From the IMG/VR virus record IMGVR_UViG_3300032288_004702, positions 1 to 64,000 of that record: DNA of 64,000 bases; one strand, 5' to 3'. Position numbers and translations under genes: made by a program. Below the pieces are notes generated by a model. The model was not told where the DNA came from and searched no databases. It saw only the letters and a list, made by a program, of their open reading frames with translations. Positions 29,101 through 36,575 of this stretch are shown one piece after another; position 1 is the first letter of the stretch; each line of letters starts with the position of its first letter. The stretch comes from a virus.

Positions 29101-32100
29101 GTTGATGGGCGATAGAAAGCCTGTGAACCCTTAGACTCAACAAACGCAGGACCAATCTCCTGAATTACGTTCTCAATATCCTGAAGCCGCTCTTCCTGAT
29201 TTATCTCTAAATCATCAACTTTGTAGAACCTTTCAGGAAGGCCCTCTACATCGTCAACGTTATAAACAGTTTGGACAACGTAGAATTTTCCTTGACTCAC
29301 TTCTTTCCCGTCAGAGCCAACAAACGTTCTTCCCTCGCGAGGTACCAGAATTGCGACACCCTTGCTGCGTGCCCCGGGCTTTAGTCGACCACCCAAACGC
29401 TTCCACTGGCTCTCCCCTGCCCACCTGCTGGTTTTGTATCCGCGCGCAGAACCAGTAAGTGAAAGAATCATCTGGTTCATGCCCTGATAGATGCGACCGC
29501 GCGTTGGATTACGCGCGTATAGCTCTGGATTTCTCCACGGCATCTTCCACTGCCCAGCCTTGTCTGGGTTATCAATTAGCTCCTGTAGGAGGTCGACAAT
29601 GTTCTTTGCCATCTCTTCGTACAGCTCTTGTAGCTGAGATGAATCCTCCGGAAGCTCCGCTTTGTCTTTTAGCTTTCCTGAAGAAAGTGAAGCCAGTGGA
29701 CCGTCAAACTTTCTTGCTTCATCGCGCGAGCGCTTGGACTCTGGCTTATCCAGGTACTTGGCATAACCACTCGACAGCATCTGCGTGTCGGCTGCCTGCG
29801 ATGCTGTTTTTGGAGCCTTGCGGACAATTGATTCTTTTTTGGGTTTTGCTTTTGGCTTCTTCTCGCGCTCCATGTCGCGTTCTGCAAGCTTTTCAACCCT
29901 CTTCATGTATCTATCTAGCTCGGCAATAGCTTTCTTTAAGCGCTTTACCTGCTCTGGGTCGGTCGCACCATCAAGTACACCCTGAAGCTCATCTCTCTGT
30001 GATTCCGCAATTCCGTATTTTTGAGCAGAATCAACATCCGGGTCGTCGATGCGGGGGAGGTCAAACAGTTTTCCGCTACTCAAAACAAAATCATCGGCTG
30101 ATGAGGGTTTTGTGGGGGCTGGCCCACGTGAATACTTGCCCGGCTTTTCTCTGAAATTTTCATCAAGCTCCGGTCTACTGACCGGTTTGGTAAATTTTGG
30201 TACCCCTATTTCAGACTCTGGCTTGGCGAGCTGGCGTGGTGATGGTTTTGGGTTCCTTATCGAGCCTGGCCCATCTGGTGTCGGGTCCGGCGTGGCGAGG
30301 GGTACGCCTCGGAGAAACAATCCCTCTCCAACTATCCCGTTAAGGTTTGCATCACGAGCTGTGAATGGGTCGAAGTCTTCCGCCCCAATTGATGTGAAGA
30401 ATCTTCCGCGCGAGCGTCCGCCACCAATGTTTGGTCTGTCTATTAATCTGCTGCCGATTGCGCGGCCAAGCCTATAGCCAGCCGCTTTCCATTCTATGTC
30501 GTCTTCAGTTAGAGATTTTTTTTTTAGGTTTTCTATAGCGGTATCAACCGCCTCAATCAGTTCGTAGCTAACGCCAGACGTCATGACGATTCCATCAACG
30601 TCGACAAACGAATCAACACCGTGGTAATCAAAAATTGGGTCTAGGGCCTGCTTTACGCGGAATGCAAACTTGGGCATTATCGGAAGCACATAAGCCTTGC
30701 CTGAAACATCGTCATCGTCAGGCATTCCAAATTCGCTGAGCGTCTTATACTTGCGGCGCTTCTTGCGACGTCTGCCGATTGCGCCACGGAGGCCAGCTAT
30801 TAGAAGTTCCCCTGGGTACTTGACCTCAAGGTCATATACGTAATCCTCTTCGTTTACTTCTTCGTCTATCTCGTAGCTCTTCTTGGCCATTGCATCGCCA
30901 TTAACGACGCCATTAGGTATAACCGCAAAGCGGCACTTGCCCTCTGACTCAATGTCCATATCAATTATCTTGCAGGAATTTCCACCCTGGAAAAAGACGC
31001 AGTTCGCGCACTTAACCCCAATTCCCGCAACCGGGTTCTCGGCTGCTGGCTTATATCCAGCCCATACGCCGTCCGAATCCTCGTTGAATTTGCCGTGGCG
31101 CTTTACGATTTTTAGCAACGCATCGCGTAGGTCGGCTTCCTCTTTGTCGAGGTTGTTGGGGTCAAAATCTTGTTCTTTTTCGTTTTCGTACTCAACCGGG
31201 GGAAGGGGGACGATTCTGTTTCCATTCTCCCCAGGCTTAATCGCTATCGGCATCGACGGCATTTGCGGAGGGCGCACAATTCTGCGTGGCTCATCCATTG
31301 GCATCATCGGTTGAGACATTGGGGCGACCGGCTTGCGTGTCGGAAGAACTATGATTTGCTCTGGTGCGCCAAACATGAAACGACCATGATTTCGGCTAAA
31401 TCCACACTTGAAGCGCCCAACCTCGCCATTTTCCATTCTTTTAGCGAAAGTTATTTCATCTTCCCCAATATCCATAAGGGAGACTTTTGAGCCAATGATT
31501 GTTGCTAGCTGCTTTTCTAGTTCGGCGCGGTCGATAGAGTCGTCTTCGTCGTCCATCATGGCCATCGCACCCATTGCCATGTCCTCCGACTTTACGGAAA
31601 TAGTTCCGGTGAGCTGATTTGCCCCATGAAGAACTGGGGAAACCTCATAAAGCTCCAGCTCATAGATGACATTCGCCTGAGACTTCTGGTCATATTGAGC
31701 GCGCAGGGTCTTGTAGCCAATTGACCACTCCTGCTCTTCACCAAAAAACGCAACCATCGCAAATGCTTCGCGGCCTTTTTCTGAGTTAAGGTTAAATTGC
31801 ACTCTTGCAAATAGACCGCCGATGCCGGCCATCTTCATTTTCATCGGGAGGCGCGGGTCGGTATTGGGAACTTCGTAAATCTCTAGAACTTTTCCGATTG
31901 GGTCGTTCCAGTTGTGCCCCCATACAACTCTTGGCTTTCTGCGCTGGAGGCTCTTCGTAAAAGCCCCACTGGAAACAATGTCGCCTACGGAGTCCCTATT
32001 GCCAATGCCGGCAACAAAACACTCAACTATCCCCTGAGCCTCGTCCAGATTAATCGCTCCGGCCTTAGCGGAAATCCCGCTACCTAGCGAAGTTGACTTA

Positions 32101-32126
32101 TATTCGAACAGTTCAGCCGGCATCAA
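23190..32126 (-). CDS. 2978-aa prohead protease-fused polyprotein (S78 protease, HiPIP-like, ArdC/zincin, UvrD-like SF1 helicase, unknown C-terminus)
   Basis: Protease: WGHNW, WSIGY, LYEVSPV. ArdC: WKMPW..NPTRGRIYQGMN...AFYRPSTDKIHMP...HETIHWT...YAFEELVAE. Helicase: AGAGTGKTT, DEAQD, GDDRQAVYAFR, SFRYG, SKGRE, HVAMSRA. Confidence 0.88.
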   Translation of the reverse strand: MMPAELFEYKSTSLGSGISAKAGAINLDEAQGIVECFVAGIGNRDSVGDIVSSGAFTKSLQRRKPRVVWGHNWNDPIGKVLEIYEVPNTDPRLPMKMKMAGIGGLFARVQFNLNSEKGREAFAMVAFFGEEQEWSIGYKTLRAQYDQKSQANVIYELELYEVSPVLHGANQLTGTISVKSEDMAMGAMAMMDDEDDSIDRAELEKQLATIIGSKVSLMDIGEDEITFAKRMENGEVGRFKCGFSRNHGRFMFGAPEQIIVLPTRKPVAPMSQPMMPMDEPRRIVRPPQMPSMPIAIKPGENGNRIVPLPPVEYENEKEQDFDPNNLDKEEADLRDALLKIVKRHGKFNEDSDGVWAGYKPAAENPVAGIGVKCANCVFFQGGNSCKIIDMDIESEGKCRFAVIPNGVVNGDAMAKKSYEIDEEVNEEDYVYDLEVKYPGELLIAGLRGAIGRRRKKRRKYKTLSEFGMPDDDDVSGKAYVLPIMPKFAFRVKQALDPIFDYHGVDSFVDVDGIVMTSGVSYELIEAVDTAIENLKKKSLTEDDIEWKAAGYRLGRAIGSRLIDRPNIGGGRSRGRFFTSIGAEDFDPFTARDANLNGIVGEGLFLRGVPLATPDPTPDGPGSIRNPKPSPRQLAKPESEIGVPKFTKPVSRPELDENFREKPGKYSRGPAPTKPSSADDFVLSSGKLFDLPRIDDPDVDSAQKYGIAESQRDELQGVLDGATDPEQVKRLKKAIAELDRYMKRVEKLAERDMEREKKPKAKPKKESIVRKAPKTASQAADTQMLSSGYAKYLDKPESKRSRDEARKFDGPLASLSSGKLKDKAELPEDSSQLQELYEEMAKNIVDLLQELIDNPDKAGQWKMPWRNPELYARNPTRGRIYQGMNQMILSLTGSARGYKTSRWAGESQWKRLGGRLKPGARSKGVAILVPREGRTFVGSDGKEVSQGKFYVVQTVYNVDDVEGLPERFYKVDDLEINQEERLQDIENVIQEIGPAFVESKGSQAFYRPSTDKIHMPAFEQFENALAFYGTAMHETIHWTSHPTRLNRTLGLQFGDEQYAFEELVAEIGSAFAMGAMGLEPTVREDHLLYLNSWLKKLKQDPLALHRAILQAQQANDYLLNRSATMRRLAGIPDDERKGRMDTWFEVPMLAGYEDAPSIKPTTTITGPMEDLLDTDEFEALVPDAVNLSVAERELRSFDRSPNAPSKNKDGIVITPSGRLASGKSAGPIKGRKDGVPEVERTDEKISMKFAFGLANEPTNEQRDIMDVAMRLIRQKDPRILSILAGAGTGKTTTLKSIAWALQREFDLWPEGDKRRDEQLAYLADRYKVDFSGMSADEVKAAVDKLAKENQIGNIYYAVFNKKNQLEAELEFPKNTGISTTDKLWYWSLKLGQGDERYGVGMRRKMQFALLGAESKKTRGAKKNPKFISAEKTPDEPEFIPFDYVRELFDGSFETFSGEEPGYRALGWERLDDGTDWAKFLGMDKWPDQITQKRRRKVRDAKGKVVRGPDGKPQMEEYEVTGFNLPDGTFVSIEEMGDVFNNALKRWNISKEEKAAKWMFTPSERVLQELDTQRGQSKKRHAVDTVLTDAQIPDSWVGYLQKAIDAMSDGNNNMLPPRDSIAKLWMLTNPDLRSDPGLITHTENQTRDKVQIPNSYSVGDVIVDKDGAEWIVTSVKKQQGSKNNEAKLAKRMATKENPLGAFMVDEAQDSNEVLEAVLDANRKNLPIVIVGDDRQAVYAFREAKNILESLDADYALTITESFRYGEVIGHLANLVLGQQNLYLRKQGVPQLPWKHVKGQAQTVINRLFDPLLPEKDRKGNNPVDEVDDATRALMIADIDKKFSTPDKKLDISAMDRDAQDVALTELRDSLYGPKAGKIVDRVEEADKGNLPTMILCRSNAEIINEALNFVRLVINSDAVERDENGLPKLPEVIIPLSKWEELLKFTKHLDYILKSPTAKAEYRKKFGLPEQSSWLGPIYDAKGLERILNQAGYQQANTAFRLIMEPPKGDKTAPPLGTMGMLTLLEGRQIRETNDKGKEIVKVIPPSLLPERKTLELDAFTAGREEVLRISRGKTAAEAVQAIDSQRAQIIIIPQPKFANDGRQAVYAQLEIDGGDNKKPGKPTGRILITGDGADTGRPIDNPDGSQSPNQPPGNRKGGNGRYRRDLEKIIKRLGLQDKVKPQAGAEKGMKGNAKRRAYDGFVIEGATLEESADILNRIGQALRDEARHAGGDVEITTMQLSKGRESRFVAIAEDLSDPAESIAQSLQPGQASIGYMEEANLVHVAMSRAKEMIDPGAKAFAFYLHDEKTKDIRAAMTQAVKDGHIPQELDKGAFSDDGGIPLPAFYKQLNETRLEDIDFENLPPRGNKKEEKDDSPIVITDDMITDGPGSENGNEIGIDKEDYEPDDIDTDDDIDGSIRDNDIDGDGEADYGDNADGTAMRLSSGATGTRPGRRSRRVAGSSIYPGTLSAQQLAGIRIDGNPDTPRNREALQYAMQAWDGVRKRGIAIDVDVDDLSVNERQQRTRGAMRDVGKAMQMKQNRVRVGRVGDNSRNENPSAETWMLSVDKLAETIRIPTEFTSRENTEGGTTIRWTQSRPATREELAKMLGLSPADTAKIKEPDAGINHDAVRLLVAELGKQPDLAAWRYFAPVTADEAKRIIPSPDGDTTENIPYVDLARENAGRANMRDRFIIETFGKDAFPHWFDTEENESMTPDEYAQLGEVSEVSKFRATGRFAPDSATKGDSEAEVDLYGESFDLLNPSDEQVARAGEAIIADKTSREDFEIEPLLDYLGIDRAEWKKGLQERLSAAFGTDDVGINNEWSKNGIPTATVAQMIRTGVLPDASSVWKDGDTGERFDSELKNSKYVVYEALNEFIDKSFPDSRLNNRDNRNRITGATDMGVTLSAAATAKGSPWSPKKGNEPRFSGAEMQSMVDRFNEIFGTSYTIDDIFSDEQLRTARERIESGETLSGKKRTSGKK

Positions 32127-32153
32127 GAGGCCCTTCTTTTGCGTCTATTCAAG

Positions 32154-32189
32154 ATAATAAGCGATTGGGAAGTCTGTTCGTAGCAACTA
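32154..32189 (-). promoter_or_regulatory. putative late promoter of the protease polyprotein
   Basis: TAGTTGCTA-N21-TATTAT. Confidence 0.65.
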
Positions 32190-32255
32190 TTGCTTTAAGT
32201 TTTGAGTATAAAGAAACCACTTATATTTTTGTGGTTAATATACTGAAACTAGCTA

Positions 32256-34361
32256 TTAAACAGTTTGTCCAAAGCTCCAGGCAGACCTAGTTTCCCGCTC
32301 GGCAAGCTCTTCCTGCTCGTGGGCAAAAAAGTTTGTGTACATCTCAACAAGGCCGTCTCTGAAGAACGAGAATCTTCTTTCCTCATCTGCGTATTCAAAC
32401 GACTTAATCATCAGTGAATTTATCTCGCTGAAGTTTTCGTCGTTTATTTTCTTGATTCTTGCAACATGTGCGTCAACCATTGTTCGTACATCTTTCGCCG
32501 GCATCGCCTTTACTCTTATGCCGTTTTCCGATGCATCCTTGACTCTTGCCTCAAAAGAATCGTTAATGATTGACGAAATGACTGGTCGGAGGTCTTCGTC
32601 AAACTGACGATTCCATGTGTCAATCGAAAGCACCGCATCTATGTCAAGCGTTCCGCCCATAAGGGCTTTTTTGGCTTTTGCTCCGCTGGCTTTTTCCAGA
32701 ACAACGCGCTGCTGTCTTTCAACAACGCGCTCTATCCCGCGCGCAAGAATGTTCGACCACCGCTCAACTGCTAGCTCGGTTTTGTCTATCGACTCTTTTA
32801 CGTCTTGTTGTTCATCTTCGGTTTTGGTTTCAATTTCATCAGATGCTGACGAAGCCATTGTCATAGGGCCTGGCGGCATTCCGGGGGCAGGTACTCCTGC
32901 CATTGCCTCTGGCGGAACTGTTGTTTGGGCGAGCTGACCTTCTGTGGCAGATTCTGCGAGGGCTCCAGCCATTGTGTTGACATCGAGCGGAACGCTTTCG
33001 CCCGGAGGAGGAACCGGCCCAGGCACTCCCGGGGGCATACCCGGCATACCAGGCGGCATACCAGGCATTCCCGGCATTCCCGGCATGCCTGGTGCTCCAG
33101 GGATTTGCGTTTGCCCTTCTTCCATCTTCTTTTTTGTATTTGCTATAGGTATTAGGTTTGGATTCTGGAGCAAAGAGTCAGCCAAATCTGCTTCTACCTC
33201 TTTGCGCGAAGAGCCGATTCTGTATTCATTGGCACTGATGAGTCCAGACTGGAACTCCTGAAGAAGATATTTATCCCTCTCCTGCTTATAAAGCATAAGA
33301 ATAGGAACTTCCGAGGTATCAAAATCTAAGTAGTACTTCTCGTCAAGTTCGTCTAATGCTCTGGCCAAAGGCTCTAGGTGAGGAAGCATTGTTTCCATCC
33401 AGAACACCCGTATTTCCTCTGCGGCGTTGCTAAATGTTCTTCCAGCTGCATTACCGATGACTGATTCCGGTACGCCGAAGGCCGAAAGAATTTCCTCTTT
33501 TGTTATCTGTCTCATCTGGATGTAGGCAGCATCTCTTGGATTGGCAGATGTATCAACAAAGTCGACACCATCATCTGCCGCGATAACTGTGGTGTGCCCA
33601 GCCCTGGCCAGATTCCCCCTAAACCTGCTACGCAACTCTTCCTTGTCGTCCTCATCTATCTCGCCGCGGACAACCAATAGACCGCCAGGCCTGCCATCAT
33701 TCAGTAGATAATTTCTGTTATATAGCTTGGCTAGATTCTCAATCTCAATCGCCACGCCAGATGCCTCAAGGGGCGTAAGCGATAGATATGGGTCCAGCGG
33801 GTGCGGTCTTCTAACCCAGCAAACATCTTCTGGTTTTAAAAATTTCTTTTCTCCGTAAGGCATCTGTACTTCGTAGCCGGAAACAAATGTCTTTGGGTCT
33901 GGAATTGGCGCTGTCGATTGTGGTGGAAGAAGATTCAGTGCAATTATTCTTCCGTCTCGGCCATATATCTTTTCAATAAACGCGCCGCGCGTGCCCAATA
34001 GAAGCTGAGCAGAGAGCCTGTACCTAAAGATGAAGGAGTTTTCACCAATATTGGCCTTATTGTTCAGAAGCTCCAACAAAGTTGAACGGTTTGCTTCCCT
34101 GCCACGGACTATCTCGCCCTGATTGGAATTATCTTTCCTCAGGATTATTGGAAGCCGTGCTTGGTTGCCGGCAATTGCATCAATGCACCGATTAACCCAG
34201 GTGATTTTGGACATTCCCTCGCGGTATGCCCGCTCGATGTCCCACGAATCCCTATACGCCTTGCCGGCAAGGGATGGGTTGATGGAGATTGGCGCTCCAT
34301 ACCCAAGGTCTTTGCGAGACTGGGAATTTATATTCTTGTTTTGCGGCGAGTTCCAGCCCAT
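32256..34361 (-). CDS. portal protein (HK97 family) with PGM-repeat linker and C-terminal MuF-like extension
   Basis: WVNRCIDAIA, PLDPYLSLTPL, NDGRPGGLL, EILSAFGVPESVIG, ISANEYR; about 290 extra C-terminal residues. Confidence 0.92.
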   Translation of the reverse strand: MGWNSPQNKNINSQSRKDLGYGAPISINPSLAGKAYRDSWDIERAYREGMSKITWVNRCIDAIAGNQARLPIILRKDNSNQGEIVRGREANRSTLLELLNNKANIGENSFIFRYRLSAQLLLGTRGAFIEKIYGRDGRIIALNLLPPQSTAPIPDPKTFVSGYEVQMPYGEKKFLKPEDVCWVRRPHPLDPYLSLTPLEASGVAIEIENLAKLYNRNYLLNDGRPGGLLVVRGEIDEDDKEELRSRFRGNLARAGHTTVIAADDGVDFVDTSANPRDAAYIQMRQITKEEILSAFGVPESVIGNAAGRTFSNAAEEIRVFWMETMLPHLEPLARALDELDEKYYLDFDTSEVPILMLYKQERDKYLLQEFQSGLISANEYRIGSSRKEVEADLADSLLQNPNLIPIANTKKKMEEGQTQIPGAPGMPGMPGMPGMPPGMPGMPPGVPGPVPPPGESVPLDVNTMAGALAESATEGQLAQTTVPPEAMAGVPAPGMPPGPMTMASSASDEIETKTEDEQQDVKESIDKTELAVERWSNILARGIERVVERQQRVVLEKASGAKAKKALMGGTLDIDAVLSIDTWNRQFDEDLRPVISSIINDSFEARVKDASENGIRVKAMPAKDVRTMVDAHVARIKKINDENFSEINSLMIKSFEYADEERRFSFFRDGLVEMYTNFFAHEQEELAERETRSAWSFGQTV
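33020..33100. repeat. coding tandem repeat (about 9-nt units, Pro-Gly-Met) in the portal
   Basis: ccggcata/ccggcatt units encode PGMPGMPGMPGMPPGMPGM. Confidence 0.7.
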
Positions 34362-34368
34362 GCGTTAT

Positions 34369-34635
34369 CTACTCAGAACCCAGTAAAAAGCCGAAAATTC
34401 CACAACAAACACCAGCGACCACCCAACCGGCAGGCAAAAATATCAAACCTGCTCCAATACTGGTAAATATTATAAAGCAAAGCATTAATAAATTTGCGAA
34501 AGTACTGCGATTGGCTCTGTTTTTGATGAAACCCCAGGCCAGAACCATCGGTCTAGCGACCTTTCTGGCGGCAATTTTTAATGCTCTAGATGATTTACGA
34601 CGTTTATTTTTTATGTCTGCTGATGCTGGGGGCAT
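34369..34635 (-). CDS. small membrane protein upstream of the portal
   Basis: Basic N-terminus plus two hydrophobic segments; TACTGT 7 nt before ATG. Confidence 0.7.
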   Translation of the reverse strand: MPPASADIKNKRRKSSRALKIAARKVARPMVLAWGFIKNRANRSTFANLLMLCFIIFTSIGAGLIFLPAGWVVAGVCCGIFGFLLGSE

Positions 34636-34704
34636 GTAAGATACAGTAGCGCAGAAGTTGGCCCCAAAGTATTAAGGGCCCTATCGAATTGGTGCAAAGT
34701 TTCT

Positions 34705-36018
34705 ATGGCAGCAAAACCGAACTGGGAAGAAGTACTGGAGTATCTAAGCCCCAAAATGCCGCCATTTTGCCCCGAAGAGCCCTCCATCAACCAAAAAGTG
34801 TTTTTGCGAACAAACTCAATCGAGGCTCTTTTTGGCGGTGCTGCTGGGGGTGGCAAATCTTCGGCCCTATTGATGGCCGCACTGCAATACGTAGATGTCC
34901 CCAACTACTCGGCAATCCTTTTCCGTAGAACATTTGCCGACCTGTCACTTCCTGGGGCGCTAATGGACCGCTTCAAGTCGTGGATGAGCAACTACGACGA
35001 CGTGCATTGGAACAATAATACATTCGTGGCGACCTTCCCCTCCGGGGCAAGAATTTCCTTTGGTTACTTAAATAATGTCAATGACTATTTACGCTATAAG
35101 GGCTCAGAATTCCAGTTCATCGGCATGGATGAGGTCACAGAAATAAGAGAGTCCGACTATAGGTACCTCTTCTCTCGTCTTCGCCGCCCAGCAAGCGGTC
35201 CAATCGCTCAGGTCCCCCTAAGGATGAGGGCAGCATCAAACCCCGCACCCAATTGGGTTCGTCAACGATTTATTGTAGAAGGCAAGGAAACTGGCAGGGT
35301 ATTCGTCCCCTCAACCCTGAAGGACAACCCCGGAATTGATGCAGAGTCTTACCGACAGGCCCTGTCCGCCCTTGACCCCGTAGAAAGAAGGAGGCTCGAG
35401 GAAGGCGACTGGTGGTCAACAACACTGGGTAGCCTTTTTGAGCGAGAATCTTTTATAATTATTGACCCAGACGAGATTCCGGTGATTACAAATTCTGCTC
35501 GGGTTGTTAGATACTGGGACTTGGCCGCCACGGAACCCCACCAGGGGAACCCAGACCCCGACTGGACAGTAGGAACCCTTATGCTTTTTGACGGGGGAAT
35601 CGCATACATCCTGGACGTCAAAAAGGCCAGGGTTAAGGGTGAAAAAGTAGAACAGCTCATTGCTCAAACTGCTGAAGAGGACGGTTACGGCGTATCAATA
35701 AGAATGGAGCAGGAGCCGGGCTCGTCCGGGAAAGCCCTGGTTGACCAATATGCCAGATACGTCATCCCGGGTTACGATTTCGGCGCAATGCGCCCGAGCG
35801 GGGACAAAGTGACCAGAGCTAGGCCATTTGCGGCGGCGGCGGCAAACGGCAATGTCCGCCTCGTGCGAGCCTCATGGTTGACTGACTGGCTTGATGAATT
35901 TTCTTCGTTCCCTGAAGCGGCTAACCACGATGACCAAGTTGACTCGGCTGTTGGGGCATTTACGTACCTGACCGGACTGGGGTTGCCTCAGCGCAAAAGG
36001 GCATCTATACTCATCTGA
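34705..36018 (+). CDS. terL: terminase large subunit
   Basis: GGAAGGGKS Walker A, IGMDEVT Walker B, ASNP, nuclease YWDLA...HDDQVDS. Confidence 0.95.
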   Translation: MAAKPNWEEVLEYLSPKMPPFCPEEPSINQKVFLRTNSIEALFGGAAGGGKSSALLMAALQYVDVPNYSAILFRRTFADLSLPGALMDRFKSWMSNYDDVHWNNNTFVATFPSGARISFGYLNNVNDYLRYKGSEFQFIGMDEVTEIRESDYRYLFSRLRRPASGPIAQVPLRMRAASNPAPNWVRQRFIVEGKETGRVFVPSTLKDNPGIDAESYRQALSALDPVERRRLEEGDWWSTTLGSLFERESFIIIDPDEIPVITNSARVVRYWDLAATEPHQGNPDPDWTVGTLMLFDGGIAYILDVKKARVKGEKVEQLIAQTAEEDGYGVSIRMEQEPGSSGKALVDQYARYVIPGYDFGAMRPSGDKVTRARPFAAAAANGNVRLVRASWLTDWLDEFSSFPEAANHDDQVDSAVGAFTYLTGLGLPQRKRASILI

Positions 36019-36057
36019 CATAGCCGCCAACCTAGACCTATACAAAGAGGTACTAAA

Positions 36058-36552
36058 ATGAGCTTGGAAAAAATCCAAGAGCTTCGTTCTGCAGTCATGA
36101 ACCTAGATAATGAAATCTATTCATTTCTAGCATCCAACCCTTCTCCAGAAGATGCTGGGGCAGCGCTGGCAGAGCTTAATTATCTAAAACGTGATGTTGC
36201 CCTCGTTTACGACTCATTTGCTGCCGCACTTTCTGAATTGATGGGGTCAATGGAGTCGCTAATGCTTGCAGATGGAACAACGATTGAAAAGAAGTCGGCA
36301 TATGACAGAAAAGGATGGAAGCACGCAGACCTTGGTTCCGCTGTTGCCGACAGGCTTGTAAAAATGTCTATAGACATGGATACTGGAGAGGTAACAAGGT
36401 CACCTAAAGAGATTGCCGAAGAGATGTTGACATACTGCGCTCCTTCCTACTGGAGAATCAAAGAACTCAACAAAATTGGCCTTAATGCCGACAACTTCAG
36501 CGAAGTTGGCGAACTCAAAACAAGCATCATTGTCCGAAAGCCAAAGTCATAG
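36058..36552 (+). CDS. hypothetical protein (recombination cluster)
   Basis: 164-aa ORF with RBS GAGG. Confidence 0.7.
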   Translation: MSLEKIQELRSAVMNLDNEIYSFLASNPSPEDAGAALAELNYLKRDVALVYDSFAAALSELMGSMESLMLADGTTIEKKSAYDRKGWKHADLGSAVADRLVKMSIDMDTGEVTRSPKEIAEEMLTYCAPSYWRIKELNKIGLNADNFSEVGELKTSIIVRKPKS

Positions 36553-36575
36553 AACACATGAGAGGAAGCAATCAA

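Noticed and set aside
14259-32126. Stop-codon reassignment or read-through creating the giant ORFs
   Set aside because: The ORFs are open in the standard code, and TAA, TAG and TGA all terminate well-defined genes.
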